Shown: positions 1-12,185, counted from the stretch's first letter. The stretch: DNA of 35,175 nt from a bacterium (GCA_031385045.1 JANNBC010000055.1:1-35175), one strand, 5' to 3'. Program-made: numbers and translations. Notes: generated by a model from the sequence alone, not told the origin.

Positions 1-155
1 AGAAAGCTACTAATTACTTTAAATGCGATGGTGCGGGACGGAAAACAATGGTCTAGTGACCGATATTTAACTCAACATATTTAAAACATTTAATTGTTTT
101 TTATTGACTATTAACAGAGTCTCTAATGGGTTTTAGTATACCAAAAAGATCGGGA

Positions 156-1103
156 TTAATGTACCCCTTGATACCAACGCCAAAAATGAGTAAGTCCTTC
201 TTCTAAATCTACCTTTGGCTGGTAGTTAAATAGTTTTTTAGCTTTAGTAATATCGGCAAAGGTTCGCGGAACTTCACTTTCTGGAGTTGGAACATTTTTG
301 ATAATTGCTTTTTGACCGATAACTTTCTGGATAATCTCCATAAAGTCATTTAAGGCCACAGGATTACCTCGACCAAGATTGACAATCTCATAAGCCTGAG
401 GACAGTCAAGTGCCGCCACGAAACCAGAAACTAAATCATCAACATAAGTCCAGTCACGTTCCATTTCTCCCTGACCAAAGATTGGAATCTCTTCTTGACT
501 TAAGATCGATTCTGTAACTCGATAGGGCATCATGTCCGGGCGTCCTTTAGGTCCATAAACATTAAAAAAGCGGAGTGATGTGAAATTTAACTTATGAAGA
601 TTATGATAAGCATGGCCTAATAATTCGGCAGATTTTTTTGTCGCTGGATAGCTTGCGAGTGGCTCATCCGATTGGTCTGTCTCTTTAAAGGGAACTATAT
701 CTCTAGCACCATAGATTGACCCAGTGGATGCAAAAACAAAGTTTTTAACCTCATGTTGTACGGAAAGTTCTAAAAGATTATTAGTACCGTGAACATTAAC
801 ATCAATAAAAACACGCGGATTTTTAACTGAATAACGAACATTAGCCATTGCTCCAAGATGAGCAACAACATCTGGTTTAAAGTTAGCAAAAACGCTAGCT
901 AGTTTTTCTTGATCACAGAAATCAATCTCTGCCAACTTACAATTCTTAAAAGTAAGTAACTCCTCGGCGTTACGGCGCTTTGCTTCTGGACTGTAAAAAT
1001 CATTAAAATTATCTACTAACAAAACCGAGTCACCGCGCTCAACTAATTTCTTAGCAAGTGTACTACCAATAAATCCAGCACCACCAGTAACTAAAATTTT
1101 CAC
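156..1103 (-). CDS. NAD-dependent epimerase, probable UDP-glucuronate 4-epimerase
   Basis: GGAGFIG Rossmann motif, YPATKK (YxxxK), LRFFNVYGPKGRPDM typical of the GlcA-epimerase SDR subgroup. Start taken as GTG at 1103, just after the gnd stop; the ORF track gives 1118. Confidence 0.85.
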   Translation of the reverse strand: MKILVTGGAGFIGSTLAKKLVERGDSVLLVDNFNDFYSPEAKRRNAEELLTFKNCKLAEIDFCDQEKLASVFANFKPDVVAHLGAMANVRYSVKNPRVFIDVNVHGTNNLLELSVQHEVKNFVFASTGSIYGARDIVPFKETDQSDEPLASYPATKKSAELLGHAYHNLHKLNFTSLRFFNVYGPKGRPDMMPYRVTESILSQEEIPIFGQGEMERDWTYVDDLVSGFVAALDCPQAYEIVNLGRGNPVALNDFMEIIQKVIGQKAIIKNVPTPESEVPRTFADITKAKKLFNYQPKVDLEEGLTHFWRWYQGVH

Positions 1104-1105
1104 AA

Positions 1106-2509
1106 TTATTTTTCCCACTCCGTATGAAAAGTTCCATCCATATCTTTTCGTTGATAAGTGTGTGCACCAAAGAAATCACGTTGAGCTTGAGTTAAATTCT
1201 GGGGCAGATTTTCGGAACGATAACAGTCGTAATACGATAGCGCCGTCGCTAAAGCCATTACTGGAACTCCTCCTAAACAGGCATCCGCTACTACCTTGCG
1301 AAGACTTGGGATATTTTTTTCTAATTCCTTAGTCATAAAATCTGCTAACATTAAATTGGCAATCTTTGGATTTGCTTGATAGGCTTTAGTAATATCCCCC
1401 AAAAATCTAGCACGGATTATACAACCGCCCTTCCAAAGAGCCGCAATTTCATCGAGCTTTAAGTCCCAGTTATACTGGTTAGATGCTTCTTGAATTAAGG
1501 CCATCCCCTGAGCATAAGCAATAATTTTGGCAGCATACAAGGCATTATGCACTTCAGTAGCAAACTTATCTTGATCAAGATCAGATACTTGCTTTAAGGC
1601 TGGAAGGATCTTAGAAGCAATTACTCTTTGATCTTTAAAACTACTTAATGTTCTAGCTGTAACAGCAGCTGCGATTGTTGGAACAGGAATCCCAAGTTCT
1701 AAGGCAACTTCGGAAGTCCATTGACCAGTTCCCTTCTGACCAGCCCGATCTAGAATTTTATCAACTAAATAACCATCCCCTTGAGGATCTTTAAATTTAA
1801 AAATTTCTGTGCTGATTTCAATTAAAAAAGAACTTAAAACCCCTTGATTCCATTTCTCAAAAGTCTCAGCTAATTGCTCTGGCTTAAACTGAGCAAGTTC
1901 AGTCAGAACTTGATAACACTCAGCAATTAATTGCATGTCGGCATATTCAATCCCATTATGAACCATTTTTACAAAATGTCCTGATCCATCTGGTCCGATA
2001 TAATTAGTACAGGGACCATCAACATTAGCCGCAATCTTAGCAAACATCTCAGCAACTTTCTCCCAAGCATGTTTTGGGCCACCAGGCATAATACTAGGAC
2101 CATTAAGAGCTCCAGTCTCTCCACCAGAAATCCCTGCACCAATAAAATTGACTCCAATCTTAGCCAAGAGATCTCCTCGGCGCTTAGTATCCTTAAACCA
2201 AGCATTACCACCATCAATTAAAATATCACCTAATTCTAAAAATGGAGTTAGGCCTTCAATCACAGCATCAGTTGGCTCTCCTGCCTTGACCATCAAAATA
2301 ATCTTTCTTGGTTGTTGAATACTCTTTACGAATTGTTCTAATCCATCGGTTGCCACAAAATTTTTACCAGAGAACTCCTGAACGAATTCATGTGTGACAC
2401 TTGTAGTCCGGTTACAAACTGAAACTTGATACCCACGACTCTCTAGGTTACGAGCTAAATTAGAACCCATGACCGCTAAGCCAAATAATCCTACATCAGA
2501 TTTTTTCAT
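1106..2509 (-). CDS. gnd: 6-phosphogluconate dehydrogenase, NADP-dependent, decarboxylating
   Basis: GLAVMGSNLA, GHFVKMVHNGIEY, GQKGTGQWT and QAQRDFFGAHTY signatures; 467 aa. Confidence 0.97.
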   Translation of the reverse strand: MKKSDVGLFGLAVMGSNLARNLESRGYQVSVCNRTTSVTHEFVQEFSGKNFVATDGLEQFVKSIQQPRKIILMVKAGEPTDAVIEGLTPFLELGDILIDGGNAWFKDTKRRGDLLAKIGVNFIGAGISGGETGALNGPSIMPGGPKHAWEKVAEMFAKIAANVDGPCTNYIGPDGSGHFVKMVHNGIEYADMQLIAECYQVLTELAQFKPEQLAETFEKWNQGVLSSFLIEISTEIFKFKDPQGDGYLVDKILDRAGQKGTGQWTSEVALELGIPVPTIAAAVTARTLSSFKDQRVIASKILPALKQVSDLDQDKFATEVHNALYAAKIIAYAQGMALIQEASNQYNWDLKLDEIAALWKGGCIIRARFLGDITKAYQANPKIANLMLADFMTKELEKNIPSLRKVVADACLGGVPVMALATALSYYDCYRSENLPQNLTQAQRDFFGAHTYQRKDMDGTFHTEWEK

Positions 2510-2556
2510 GATCTATTCCAAAAATATATTCTACAAATTAATTCACGAGAGGAAGC

Positions 2557-3300
2557 TTAAGGGGCCGTTTGTAACTCAAGAACTTCCACTCTTTTTTTAC
2601 CTGATTTGACTTGAAAAACCAAGTTCTGAGTAAGCTCAACACAGCTCAGCATGTTGCCGTATACTAAACCAGTATCAATTCCTAACTTACTCGGGTAATC
2701 ATTAAAAATTGTTTTAAAAGGAGTGTGACCAAAAACTATTGTCTTATCAAAGGAGTGCTTACTCATAATAAATTCATCACGAATCCAAAATAAATCTTCA
2801 TCTCTTTGAGAGGTAAGATCCCGTAATGGATTTAATCCAGCATGAGCTACAATAAATTTATCATAACAAACAATCCTTTTTAAACTTTGAAAAAACTCGA
2901 TATGATTGGGGGGAAACTTAGCAAAGATTTCATTAATATCATCCTTTTGATCAAATCCATAACTAATTAAAGTTTGCGCACCACCATTTCTAATAAAATT
3001 AGAACCAAAAGTCCCACCAAGTCCCATGAAATCTAGGAACATATCCTCATGATTTCCCTTCAGAAACTTAGTGTTTGGAAAATCTTTGGCAAAATCAATT
3101 AAGTAATTAACTAAAGAACAGGATTCATAACCTCGATCAATATAATCCCCCACAAAGACTACTTGATCCGTTTGATTTAAGGTTTGTTTTTTTTGAAGAT
3201 GATCTAATAAGCTAGCGGTTTCTGACAGAGTACCATGAAGATCCCCTACAACGTAAAGACGCCCTTCATAAGTTTCAATTTTACTCAAATCATCATTCAC
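2557..3300 (-). CDS. PPP-family (calcineurin-like) metallophosphoesterase / Ser-Thr phosphatase
   Basis: GDLHG, GDYIDRG, GNHE, HAG, GHTP and IDTG motifs. Start uncertain (GTG 3300 or 3336). Confidence 0.88.
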   Translation of the reverse strand: MNDDLSKIETYEGRLYVVGDLHGTLSETASLLDHLQKKQTLNQTDQVVFVGDYIDRGYESCSLVNYLIDFAKDFPNTKFLKGNHEDMFLDFMGLGGTFGSNFIRNGGAQTLISYGFDQKDDINEIFAKFPPNHIEFFQSLKRIVCYDKFIVAHAGLNPLRDLTSQRDEDLFWIRDEFIMSKHSFDKTIVFGHTPFKTIFNDYPSKLGIDTGLVYGNMLSCVELTQNLVFQVKSGKKRVEVLELQTAP

Positions 3301-3360
3301 AATAATTACCTTTTGACGACAGGATACCAAACCCAATTAATAAAAACAGCTACTTAAATA

Positions 3361-5166
3361 TTATTCCTCACCCAGCCTTAAAACAGCTAAGAAAGCCTCC
3401 TGTGGGATTTCTACCTTACCTAAACTCTTCATTCGTTTTTTACCTTTTTTCTGTTTATCCAGCAACTTACGTTTTCTACTAATATCTCCACCATAACATT
3501 TAGCAGTCACGTTCTTACGAAGTGCTTTGACCGTGCTACGGGCAATAATCTTGGCTCCAATTGCTGCCTGAATAGCGACATCAAACATTTGACGATCAAT
3601 AATCTCTTCTAATTTTTCAGTTAGAATCTTACCACGATGAAATGCTTGATCGCGGTGAATGATGATTGATAAAGCATCCACGTTCTCACCATTTAGCTTG
3701 ATATCAAGTTTAACTAAATTATCGGCTCGATATGTTTTAACTTCATAATCAAAAGATGCATAACCACGAGTTCGGCTCTTCACCCGATCATGAAAATCTA
3801 AAATTACTTCACTAAGTGGTAATTCATAAACCAAGACGGCCCGAGTTTCCCCAAAGAAGTCCATACTAATTTGAATTCCACGCTTTTCTTCGCAAAGCTT
3901 AATTAAGTTTCCAAGATATTCCTTTGGAGAGTGAATTGTGACATGAGCAATCGGCTCTTCGATAAAATCAATATCTCCTGGATCGGGCATCTTAATTGGA
4001 GTATCAACGCTAATCACAGTTCCATTATTATGCCTGACTCGATAAACAACACTTGGTGCTGTTGTAATTAAATCTAATAAGAATTCTCTCTCTAATCGCT
4101 CCTGGATAATCTCCATGTGCAATAGCCCCAGATATCCACAACGAAATCCAAAACCTAAAGCAACAGAACTTTCTGGCTCAAATGTAAAAGAGGCATCATT
4201 TAAACTTAATTTTTCTAAGGCAGTCCTTAAGTTTTCATAATCAGCGGCATCAATCGGAAATAGCCCGCCAAAAACCATGGGCTTAACCTCTTTGTATCCC
4301 GGAAGTGCTTCGACCTCTGCTCTTGCTAAAGTAACAGTGTCTCCAATTTTAACATCATGTAAATCTTTGATTGAAGCCGAAAGATAACCAACCTCACCAG
4401 AAGAAAGACTTGATACTTCCTTAGCATGTGGTGTGAACATCCCAAGTTTGTAGACTTCATATTCTGCACCAGTTTGAATAAATTTAATCTTATCACCTTT
4501 CTTGATTTGACCATCAAAAACTCGCACTTGAATTAAAACGCCCAAGTAAGAATCAAACCAGGAGTCATAGACTAAGGCTCGCAGTGGATGATTAATATCA
4601 CCACGAGTTGGAGGAGGAACTTTTTTGACAATCGCTTCCAGCATGTCTTCAATGCCAACTCCCGTCTTACCACTAACATGCAAAGCCTCACTGGCATCAA
4701 TTCCGATAACAGATTCAATCTCTTCTGCTACTCGATCTGGATCGGCGCTATTTAAATCAATTTTATTAAGTGCTGGAATAATTTCTAAATTATTATCAAT
4801 CGCCAAATACACGTTTGCTAAGGTTTGAGCTTCAACTCCTTGTGTTGCATCAACAACTAACAATGCACCTTCACAAGCAGAAAGAGAACGAGAAACCTCA
4901 TAACTAAAATCTACGTGACCAGGAGTATCAATTAAATTCAAACGATATGTAATTCCATCCTTGGCTGGATAACTAATACAAACAGTCTGAGCTTTAATCG
5001 TAATGCCCCGCTCCCGTTCGATATCCATTTTATCCAAAAACTGAGATTGCATTTCTCTTGAGGATAGAGCTTTAGTGAACTCTAAAATACGATCAGCCAG
5101 GGTTGATTTACCGTGATCGATGTGTGCGATAATGCTAAAGTTACGTATTAAACTTTTATTGTACAT
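3361..5166 (-). CDS. lepA: Translation elongation factor 4 (LepA)
   Basis: [32 protein letters not shown] and C-terminal [17 protein letters not shown] at 5166 gives a canonical 601 aa and avoids overlap with the upstream gene. Confidence 0.98.
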   Translation of the reverse strand: MYNKSLIRNFSIIAHIDHGKSTLADRILEFTKALSSREMQSQFLDKMDIERERGITIKAQTVCISYPAKDGITYRLNLIDTPGHVDFSYEVSRSLSACEGALLVVDATQGVEAQTLANVYLAIDNNLEIIPALNKIDLNSADPDRVAEEIESVIGIDASEALHVSGKTGVGIEDMLEAIVKKVPPPTRGDINHPLRALVYDSWFDSYLGVLIQVRVFDGQIKKGDKIKFIQTGAEYEVYKLGMFTPHAKEVSSLSSGEVGYLSASIKDLHDVKIGDTVTLARAEVEALPGYKEVKPMVFGGLFPIDAADYENLRTALEKLSLNDASFTFEPESSVALGFGFRCGYLGLLHMEIIQERLEREFLLDLITTAPSVVYRVRHNNGTVISVDTPIKMPDPGDIDFIEEPIAHVTIHSPKEYLGNLIKLCEEKRGIQISMDFFGETRAVLVYELPLSEVILDFHDRVKSRTRGYASFDYEVKTYRADNLVKLDIKLNGENVDALSIIIHRDQAFHRGKILTEKLEEIIDRQMFDVAIQAAIGAKIIARSTVKALRKNVTAKCYGGDISRKRKLLDKQKKGKKRMKSLGKVEIPQEAFLAVLRLGEE

Positions 5167-5174
5167 TTTGATTA

Positions 5175-6095
5175 CTACTGTTGACTTGCAAACCACCGAT
5201 AGGTGTCTTGAAGTCCGGATGCTAAATCTAATTTTGGTGACCAATCAAGCAAATCTCTTGCTCTTGCTGAAGTAATAACACTTCGTTCTTGATCCCCTGC
5301 TCTTTGTGGTCCATAATTTGCTTGAATCTCAAAGTTACCAGCCTTTAAGATCTCTTGGTAAAGTTCATTCACAGAAGTTTCAATTCCTGTACCAATATTA
5401 AAAGTATTACTTAACTTACGCTCAATAACTTTTTCAATTGCCGAGACAACATCAAGTACGTTCACATAATCTCTAGTAAAATGCCCAGTACCGTTAATTG
5501 TTGGGATTTCACCGCTTAGTAATTTCTTTAGAAAGATTGCTACCACGCCAGCTTCACCATGGGGATTTTGACGAGGTCCATAAACATTAGCTAAACGTAA
5601 GACCGCATAATTTAATCCATAAACTCGTTTCCAAAGAGCTAGATACTGTTCAACAACAGCCTTGGACTGACCGTAAACACTAGTAGGACGAATTTCGTGA
5701 TCTTCTGGTGCCGGAAAAACATCTTGCTCACCATATAAGGCACCACCTGTTGAGATAAAAACAAAAAATGGAAAATTATTTTTGTCTAAAGCATTTAGTA
5801 AATTAATTGTCCCTTGAACATTAACCCGAACATCATTTAAAGGATTCTTCATACTTTCACTTACTGACATCTGCGCAGCTGTATGAATTATAACCTCAGG
5901 CTTAAAGTATTTAATTGTATGAGCAGCTTCTGGGTCGCAAATATCTTGTTGAAAAAACTGTGCTCGGTCAGAGAGATTATCAAGAGTTCCAGAAGTTAGA
6001 TCATCAATAACCGCAACTTCAAAGTTTTTAGCGATAAGCCGATCCACGACATGTGAACCAATAAATCCTGCTCCTCCTGTTACTAAGACTCTCAT
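5175..6095 (-). CDS. NAD-dependent epimerase/dehydratase (UDP-glucose 4-epimerase-like)
   Basis: [40 protein letters not shown]. Confidence 0.88.
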   Translation of the reverse strand: MRVLVTGGAGFIGSHVVDRLIAKNFEVAVIDDLTSGTLDNLSDRAQFFQQDICDPEAAHTIKYFKPEVIIHTAAQMSVSESMKNPLNDVRVNVQGTINLLNALDKNNFPFFVFISTGGALYGEQDVFPAPEDHEIRPTSVYGQSKAVVEQYLALWKRVYGLNYAVLRLANVYGPRQNPHGEAGVVAIFLKKLLSGEIPTINGTGHFTRDYVNVLDVVSAIEKVIERKLSNTFNIGTGIETSVNELYQEILKAGNFEIQANYGPQRAGDQERSVITSARARDLLDWSPKLDLASGLQDTYRWFASQQ

Positions 6096-7024
6096 TACAT
6101 TCTTGCTCTAAAATCACTAATTGTCTTAGCTAAACCAGTTTCTAAATTAATTATTGGCTCCCAAGCCAATTCTTTTTGAGCTAGGCTGATATCAGGCTTA
6201 CGTCGCATTGGATCGTTAACCCTAAAATCTTCATAAATTAATTCTGATTTGCTATCGGTCATGGCAATAACTTGTTTGGCAAGTTCTAGGATGGTCATCT
6301 CTTTTGGATTTCCAAGATTGACAGGGCCACTAAAACCATCTTTGTTCATGGTAGCGATAATTCCGTTAACTAGATCACTACAAAAACAAAAGGAACGAGT
6401 CTGAGATCCATCACCATGAATCTCAATTTTTTCATTATTTAAAGCCTTGATAATAAAGTTAGATACTACTCGACCATCGTCAAATAACATTCGTGGGCCA
6501 TAAGTATTAAAGATTCGAATAATCTTGGCATCAACTCCATTATGGATTCGGTAATCATTAGTTAGTGTTTCTGCCACACGCTTACCCTCATCATAGCAAC
6601 TTCTTGGACCAACCGGATTAACATTTCCATAATATGATTCACGTTGTGGATGCTCTAGTGGATCTCCATACACTTCCGAAGTTGAAGCCATCAAAAACTT
6701 TGCGCCAACTCTTTTTGCCAACCCCAACATATTAATTGTACCAATCACACTTGTCTTGATCGTTTTAATTGGGTTGTATTGATAATGAACAGGAGACGCT
6801 GGACAAGCCATATGATAAATTTGATCAACCTCTAAAAGGATTGGCAAAGTTACATCATGCCGAATAAATTCAAACTTAGAGCTCTTCTCTGCATTAGTTA
6901 AGTTAACTTTTCTTCCCGTGAAAAGATTATCTAAGGCAATAACTTCATGCCCCTGGGCTAATAATTGATCACAAAGATGTGACCCAATAAATCCGGCTCC
7001 GCCGGTAACTAGAATTCTTGACAT
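6095..7024 (-). CDS. UDP-glucuronate decarboxylase (UDP-xylose synthase)
   Basis: [35 protein letters not shown] and [10 protein letters not shown], characteristic of the UXS family. Confidence 0.93.
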   Translation of the reverse strand: MSRILVTGGAGFIGSHLCDQLLAQGHEVIALDNLFTGRKVNLTNAEKSSKFEFIRHDVTLPILLEVDQIYHMACPASPVHYQYNPIKTIKTSVIGTINMLGLAKRVGAKFLMASTSEVYGDPLEHPQRESYYGNVNPVGPRSCYDEGKRVAETLTNDYRIHNGVDAKIIRIFNTYGPRMLFDDGRVVSNFIIKALNNEKIEIHGDGSQTRSFCFCSDLVNGIIATMNKDGFSGPVNLGNPKEMTILELAKQVIAMTDSKSELIYEDFRVNDPMRRKPDISLAQKELAWEPIINLETGLAKTISDFRARM

Positions 7025-7028
7025 TAAA

Positions 7029-8354
7029 CTAAACTCCTAAAACTGTTGCTCGACCAATTGAATGATAAGTTAAACCAAAGTTAGCAATCATTTCTGGATC
7101 AAATAAATTTCGACCGTCAAAAACAACTTTATCCTTAACCTTACTAGCTACTAATTTAAAATCCGGATTACGGAATTCATTCCACTCAGTACATATAATT
7201 AAGGCATCCACATTCTCCAATGCCTGATAGCTTTGCTCATGATAAGTAATGGCATCATTCTGTCCAAAATACTCTGGAAAAGTTTTTAAAGCTTCTGGAT
7301 CATAGGCTTGAATTTTAGCACCACGACCAATTAGCTCTCGGCAGATCGTTTGCGCAGGCGCTTCTCGGACATCATCGGTCTGTGGTTTAAATGCCAAGCC
7401 CCAAACTGCAAATGTTTTGCCTGCAATTTTTTCATTACCGTAATGACTTAAGATTTTCTTAATGATTACCAATTTTTGCTGATAATTAACATCTTCTACA
7501 GCTGTCGCAATCTTTAAATCTACACCATTATCTTTAGCAGTTCGAACAAGAGCTTGAACATCTTTTGGAAAGCAAGAACCACCATAACCGATCCCCGGGA
7601 ATAGAAAGCTCATCCCAATTCGGGCATCGGTACCCATGCCCAGACGAACTTTAGTAACATCCGCCCCAACTTTTTCGCAAAGCTGAGAAATTTCATTCAT
7701 AAAGGAAATTCGTGTTGCTAACATAGCATTAGCGGCATACTTCGTCATTTCCGCAGAAGCAACATCCATGAAAATAATTGGATTATTAGTACGAACAAAT
7801 GGAGCGTATAATTCTTTCATTACCTTGGTAGCTCGCTCCGTCTCGACACCAACAACGACTCTGTCAGGCTTTAAAAAATCATCTAACGCTGCTCCTTCTT
7901 TTAAGAATTCTGGATTGGAAACAACATCAAATTCTTGATCACTAATTTCAGCGATAACGGCCTTGACCTTAGCTGCAGTTCCAACTGGAACAGTTGATTT
8001 ATCAACTACAACTTTGTAGCCATTAATATTCTGACCAATGCCTTCGGCAACTCGTAACACATGTTGCAAATCAGCAGCACCGTCTTCGTCTTGTGGAGTT
8101 CCAACCGCAACAAAAATTACAGTAGACTCTTGAACGCCCTTTTTTAAATCAGTAGTAAAACTTAATCGCTTCTTGGCAATATTTCTGGCTAATAAATCAC
8201 TTAAGCCAGGCTCATAAATTGGACACTCACCTTGATTTAGTTTGGCAATCTTTGATTCGTTAATATCGACGCCAATTACTTGATTTCCATGTTCAGCAAA
8301 ACAAGCTGCTGCCACTAAACCAACGTATCCACTTCCAATAACACAAATATTCAC
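7029..8354 (-). CDS. ugd: UDP-glucose 6-dehydrogenase
   Basis: [33 protein letters not shown] (catalytic Cys). GTG start with a G-rich SD. Confidence 0.95.
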   Translation of the reverse strand: MNICVIGSGYVGLVAAACFAEHGNQVIGVDINESKIAKLNQGECPIYEPGLSDLLARNIAKKRLSFTTDLKKGVQESTVIFVAVGTPQDEDGAADLQHVLRVAEGIGQNINGYKVVVDKSTVPVGTAAKVKAVIAEISDQEFDVVSNPEFLKEGAALDDFLKPDRVVVGVETERATKVMKELYAPFVRTNNPIIFMDVASAEMTKYAANAMLATRISFMNEISQLCEKVGADVTKVRLGMGTDARIGMSFLFPGIGYGGSCFPKDVQALVRTAKDNGVDLKIATAVEDVNYQQKLVIIKKILSHYGNEKIAGKTFAVWGLAFKPQTDDVREAPAQTICRELIGRGAKIQAYDPEALKTFPEYFGQNDAITYHEQSYQALENVDALIICTEWNEFRNPDFKLVASKVKDKVVFDGRNLFDPEMIANFGLTYHSIGRATVLGV

Positions 8355-8508
8355 CTCAATTCCCCCTGGAAGAATCCATTAAACCTAGCAAAATCAAATA
8401 ATTACTAATCTAAGTGGAACTCAATTAAATTTGCAACTTTAATACACTTTTTTAGGAATACTTGCTAGCCCAGCAGTTAATTCAGTCGATTTCGCTCGTT
8501 CTGCTTCT

Positions 8509-9912
8509 CTAATAAGCATTTTTATTTATGAGACCCTTCAAAAAGGTCATCAAAATAATCTTAATATCCAAAGATAAGGACCAGTTAGTAATATAATATA
8601 AATCAAACTCTATTCGCTTATCTATCGAAGTATCACCTCTCCAGCCGTTTACTTGAGCCCAACCAGTAATCCCAGCAGGCACCTTATGGCGCAACATATA
8701 GTTAGGAATCTTATGGCGAAAATCAGAAATGTAGACTGGACGCTCTGGTCTAGGCCCAACTAAAGACATATCCCCTCTAAAAACATTAAACAGTTGGGGA
8801 AATTCATCAAGACTGGTGGAACGCAAGATCTTACCAATCCATGTAACTCGACAATCATTTTTCGTAGTCCAACCAGGCCCCTGCTCCTCAGCATCCGTTG
8901 TCATCGTTCTGAATTTATAAATATTAAAAGATTTACCATCTAGACTGGCTCTTTCTTGTTTATAAAATACTGGCCCACGAGAAGATAGCTTTACCAAAAC
9001 CGCAATAATTAAAAAAACCGGAGAGAGTAGTACCAAACCAAGCGAAGAGCAGAATAAATCAAATAGTCTTTTAGCCTGTAAGTTTATCCCATTTAACGGA
9101 GAGTCTTGAATATTAATAACAGGTAAACCTTCAAACTCCTCAATTGAACCACCAACACTCACAAAACGATAAATATCTGGAATAATTTTGATATCAACTA
9201 ACGAGTCTCCGATCCGCTCTAAGATTTCTGTCAGTAAATAATGATCCTCAAGTGGCAGTGCAATCACGATTTGATCGATTGCCTTCTCTTCTAATAATTG
9301 ATGCAAGTCATGATAAGATCCTAAAATAGGCATCCCCCATGGCCCCTTCTCTTCTGTTCCAGATTTAGATAAACAACCAATTAACTGTATACCCAGTTCC
9401 CGATGTAAACGAACACGACTAGCAATATCCGCCGCAACCTGACCAGCACCAACAATCAACATATACCTTAAGTTGTATCCCTTACGACGAACTTCTCGTA
9501 AAAAGAAACGTAAGAATAACCTCTCCGCTATTGAAAAAATTGTGGCCGTTACACCAAAATAGATAAATACTAATCGCGAAAACGGTATTTCTTTTTCTCT
9601 TAAAAGAAAAGTTAAGGCTATCAAAATTAGGACAGCAACGGCGTTAGCATTGATCAATAAAAGAATCTCTTTTGTTCGGCGCACACCTCGCATTGGTCGA
9701 TAAAGGCCGGTGCGTTTATAGACAGCAGCCCAGATAACCCAAATATAAACTAGTAAGAATAAGTATTCAGTAACTGATGGCAAGCCATAGTAGACAGGAA
9801 TCCAGCCACTGTAGAATCGTAACCAAAATGCAAAGATCCAAGCCAAGCTGATGACAATAAGATCGGCAATAATATATAAAATTTCAAAAAATTGTCTTTT
9901 CTGCTTTAACAT
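8509..9912 (-). CDS. Undecaprenyl-phosphate glucose phosphotransferase (WcaJ-type priming glycosyltransferase)
   Basis: N-terminal TM helices, a central Rossmann-like region, and C-terminal KFRTM, SLDEFPQLFNV, GDMSLVGPRPE, PAGITGWAQVNG. Confidence 0.93.
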   Translation of the reverse strand: MLKQKRQFFEILYIIADLIVISLAWIFAFWLRFYSGWIPVYYGLPSVTEYLFLLVYIWVIWAAVYKRTGLYRPMRGVRRTKEILLLINANAVAVLILIALTFLLREKEIPFSRLVFIYFGVTATIFSIAERLFLRFFLREVRRKGYNLRYMLIVGAGQVAADIASRVRLHRELGIQLIGCLSKSGTEEKGPWGMPILGSYHDLHQLLEEKAIDQIVIALPLEDHYLLTEILERIGDSLVDIKIIPDIYRFVSVGGSIEEFEGLPVINIQDSPLNGINLQAKRLFDLFCSSLGLVLLSPVFLIIAVLVKLSSRGPVFYKQERASLDGKSFNIYKFRTMTTDAEEQGPGWTTKNDCRVTWIGKILRSTSLDEFPQLFNVFRGDMSLVGPRPERPVYISDFRHKIPNYMLRHKVPAGITGWAQVNGWRGDTSIDKRIEFDLYYITNWSLSLDIKIILMTFLKGLINKNAY

Positions 9913-9923
9913 TTGCTTCGATT

Positions 9924-11078
9924 TTAGCTCTTTATCACCAGTTGTCTAGACTCAATTAGTTTCTGAATTAAACCAAACCAACTCTTTCTAAAATGATTTA
10001 AATCAAATTTCCTGGCTTGTTCACGACAAGCAACTGCGGAAAAAGATTTTTCCTGTCTAATAAAATAATCCTTCCCACGATTAATTTCGGCAGCTAGATT
10101 TTTATAATCATAGCGAAAAAATACTCCAGTCTCATTTCCAGAAAGTGGCTCAGGCGCATCCCAATATTTAAGATTATTTAAGCTTTCTTTTAAGGCTCCA
10201 GCAAAAGGGCCAATTACAGGTAATCCACTAGCCAAACTTTCTACTGGAATCAGTCCAAAATCTTCTTTGGCTGCAAAAATTAAAGCTCGGGAATTTTGAT
10301 AAAGCTCGACCAATTTTCGATCTGTAACCTTTCCTAAAAATTGAATATTAGACTTGGCAATACTTTTTAATTTTTCAGATTCTGGACCTGATCCCGCAAT
10401 CACTAATGGCAATCCACTAAAATTAAAGGCTTGAACGATTTGTGCTACATTTTTATAGCGAACCAGTGCTCCCGCATATAAAAAAGGGAAATTACTACGT
10501 TCTGCTTCTTGTAGCTTTGGCTCTAACCAAAAATCTTTAATCGGTGGATAAATCACCTGTGAAGTTCTTTTATAAAAGCAGCGAATTCTAGCAGCAACAA
10601 ATTTACTAATCGAGACGAACTGAGTTACTTCTCGGGAACAATAACGATCCCAGACTCTTAGTGCTAATAAAATTGGTGCAAATAAGTAACTAAGCAAACC
10701 AAAATAAGTTAACATTTGATCCCAAGCATAACGCATTGGCGTAAAACAATAACAGATATGACAGGCAGTGGCTGGAACTTTAACATTTTTTGCAACCGCA
10801 TGATTAAGTGATATGACTAGATCGTATCCTTCAATTTTTAAATCACGAACAGCAAAGGGAAATAGGGGTAAAAGCCAGCGATAAATTAAGGCGATCTTGG
10901 GAATTTTATTTAGAAATGAAACCTGCTTAACTCGGGCGTCAATTTGATCACTGGTGACACCTGGAATATGAATTAATGTGAAAATATCGGCATCAGGGTA
11001 AAGATTTAAGAACTCCTCGAGGCAACGTTCCCCACCTCTCATTCCAGTTAACCAATCATGCACTAATGCTACTTTCAT
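9924..11078 (-). CDS. Glycosyltransferase family 4
   Basis: MKVALVHDWLTGMRGGER N-terminus; EDFGLIPVE (ExF..E) motif. Confidence 0.92.
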   Translation of the reverse strand: MKVALVHDWLTGMRGGERCLEEFLNLYPDADIFTLIHIPGVTSDQIDARVKQVSFLNKIPKIALIYRWLLPLFPFAVRDLKIEGYDLVISLNHAVAKNVKVPATACHICYCFTPMRYAWDQMLTYFGLLSYLFAPILLALRVWDRYCSREVTQFVSISKFVAARIRCFYKRTSQVIYPPIKDFWLEPKLQEAERSNFPFLYAGALVRYKNVAQIVQAFNFSGLPLVIAGSGPESEKLKSIAKSNIQFLGKVTDRKLVELYQNSRALIFAAKEDFGLIPVESLASGLPVIGPFAGALKESLNNLKYWDAPEPLSGNETGVFFRYDYKNLAAEINRGKDYFIRQEKSFSAVACREQARKFDLNHFRKSWFGLIQKLIESRQLVIKS

Positions 11079-12180
11079 TTCCGAGAATTTTTTTATAATA
11101 GCTAAGTAATTTATCAGATAAACTCAAAAGATCATAATGACTTAAGTCATATTGCTGTTTTATTTCAGAATTCCCTTCAGAAAATTTAAGAACTGCAGCT
11201 TTAAGTGCTTGGCAACTAAAATCTTCCGCAACAATATCACCTTCTGCTAATAATTCTAAGATAGCAGGAATAGGCCTAACAATTACCGGAGTGCCTTGGC
11301 TATGAGCCTGAAGTACTGGTAGAGAGAATCCTTCTACCAATGACGATACAACTAATGCTTCAGCAGTTGCTAACAAAACAAGCAATTCTGAATCATCTAC
11401 TGCTCCACGATTAATTATTTGCGGACAACCAGCCATTACTTTTAAAATCTGAGGATCAGATAAGTCAGCAAGTCCATTTCCCACAAGCAGGAGATTTAAA
11501 TCTTTAGAAATTTTCTGTTCAGCAACTAATGAAGAGAATGCTGTTAGTAAATCAAGGCATCCTTTATGAGGTTTAAGGTTAGAGTAAAGTGCCATCAGAA
11601 ACTTTTTAGTCTTAATTGCAGAATCCTTCTGAGCTGAATTTACTTTAATTGATTTCCAAAAACTACTTCCTAAGGCATTTGGAATAACCTGAAGTTTTCC
11701 TGATGTTATTTTACTAAAATACCTTTGAATTAATGACTGAGATGACTTACTAACGGTTAAAATTCCACTAGCTAACTTGATTGAATTACCAATAATAATC
11801 TTAGCAAACAGTGGATAGTAAAATTTCTCTGGATGGGTAATTTGAATTAAATCATGAATCGTAATAATCCCTGGAATCGGAAGATTCTTTGGAAGGGTTA
11901 TAAAAGGAGACTGATAAAGATCGAAGTCCTTAAAATTTACTCGCCTGGCTAAATTCCAGTACTCATCAAATGTCAGGACTTTGGCAGTGTCCTCTCTCCA
12001 ACTAACCTGATTTAACCAAGCAAAATTATAATCGTAAATTTTAGATTTTTGATCTGGATTAATCAGCAAACAAATCTGTATTTGATTACTACTGACTAAA
12101 GCTTCAATGATATTTTGTGTGTAAACTCCAATACCACCATCAAATATCTTTCGAGCATCAAGCAGTAATCTGATACTCAC
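11056..12180 (-). CDS. Glycosyltransferase family 4
   Basis: GGIGVY, TIHDL, PHKG and EGFSLP motifs of GT-B/GT4. The second Glu of the Ex7E motif appears as Gln. Confidence 0.85.
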   Translation of the reverse strand: MSIRLLLDARKIFDGGIGVYTQNIIEALVSSNQIQICLLINPDQKSKIYDYNFAWLNQVSWREDTAKVLTFDEYWNLARRVNFKDFDLYQSPFITLPKNLPIPGIITIHDLIQITHPEKFYYPLFAKIIIGNSIKLASGILTVSKSSQSLIQRYFSKITSGKLQVIPNALGSSFWKSIKVNSAQKDSAIKTKKFLMALYSNLKPHKGCLDLLTAFSSLVAEQKISKDLNLLLVGNGLADLSDPQILKVMAGCPQIINRGAVDDSELLVLLATAEALVVSSLVEGFSLPVLQAHSQGTPVIVRPIPAILELLAEGDIVAEDFSCQALKAAVLKFSEGNSEIKQQYDLSHYDLLSLSDKLLSYYKKILGNESSISA

Positions 12181-12185
12181 ATTCT

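Noticed and set aside
29..42. TGGTGCGGGACGGA, whose reverse complement resembles a tRNA 3' end (..GTCCCGCACCA)
   Set aside because: No T-loop or cloverleaf, it does not match the tRNA-Leu at 19721, and it is too short to call an att site.
1969..4828. Short nested ORFs in gnd and lepA (1969-2217, 4326-4517, 4625-4828); similar ones at 18411, 24625, 26747, 33344, 34282 and 34802
   Set aside because: Alternative-frame or antisense artefacts inside well-supported genes.
5167..5244. N-terminal extension of LepA in the ORF track
   Set aside because: It overlaps the upstream epimerase; canonical LepA starts at ATG 5166.
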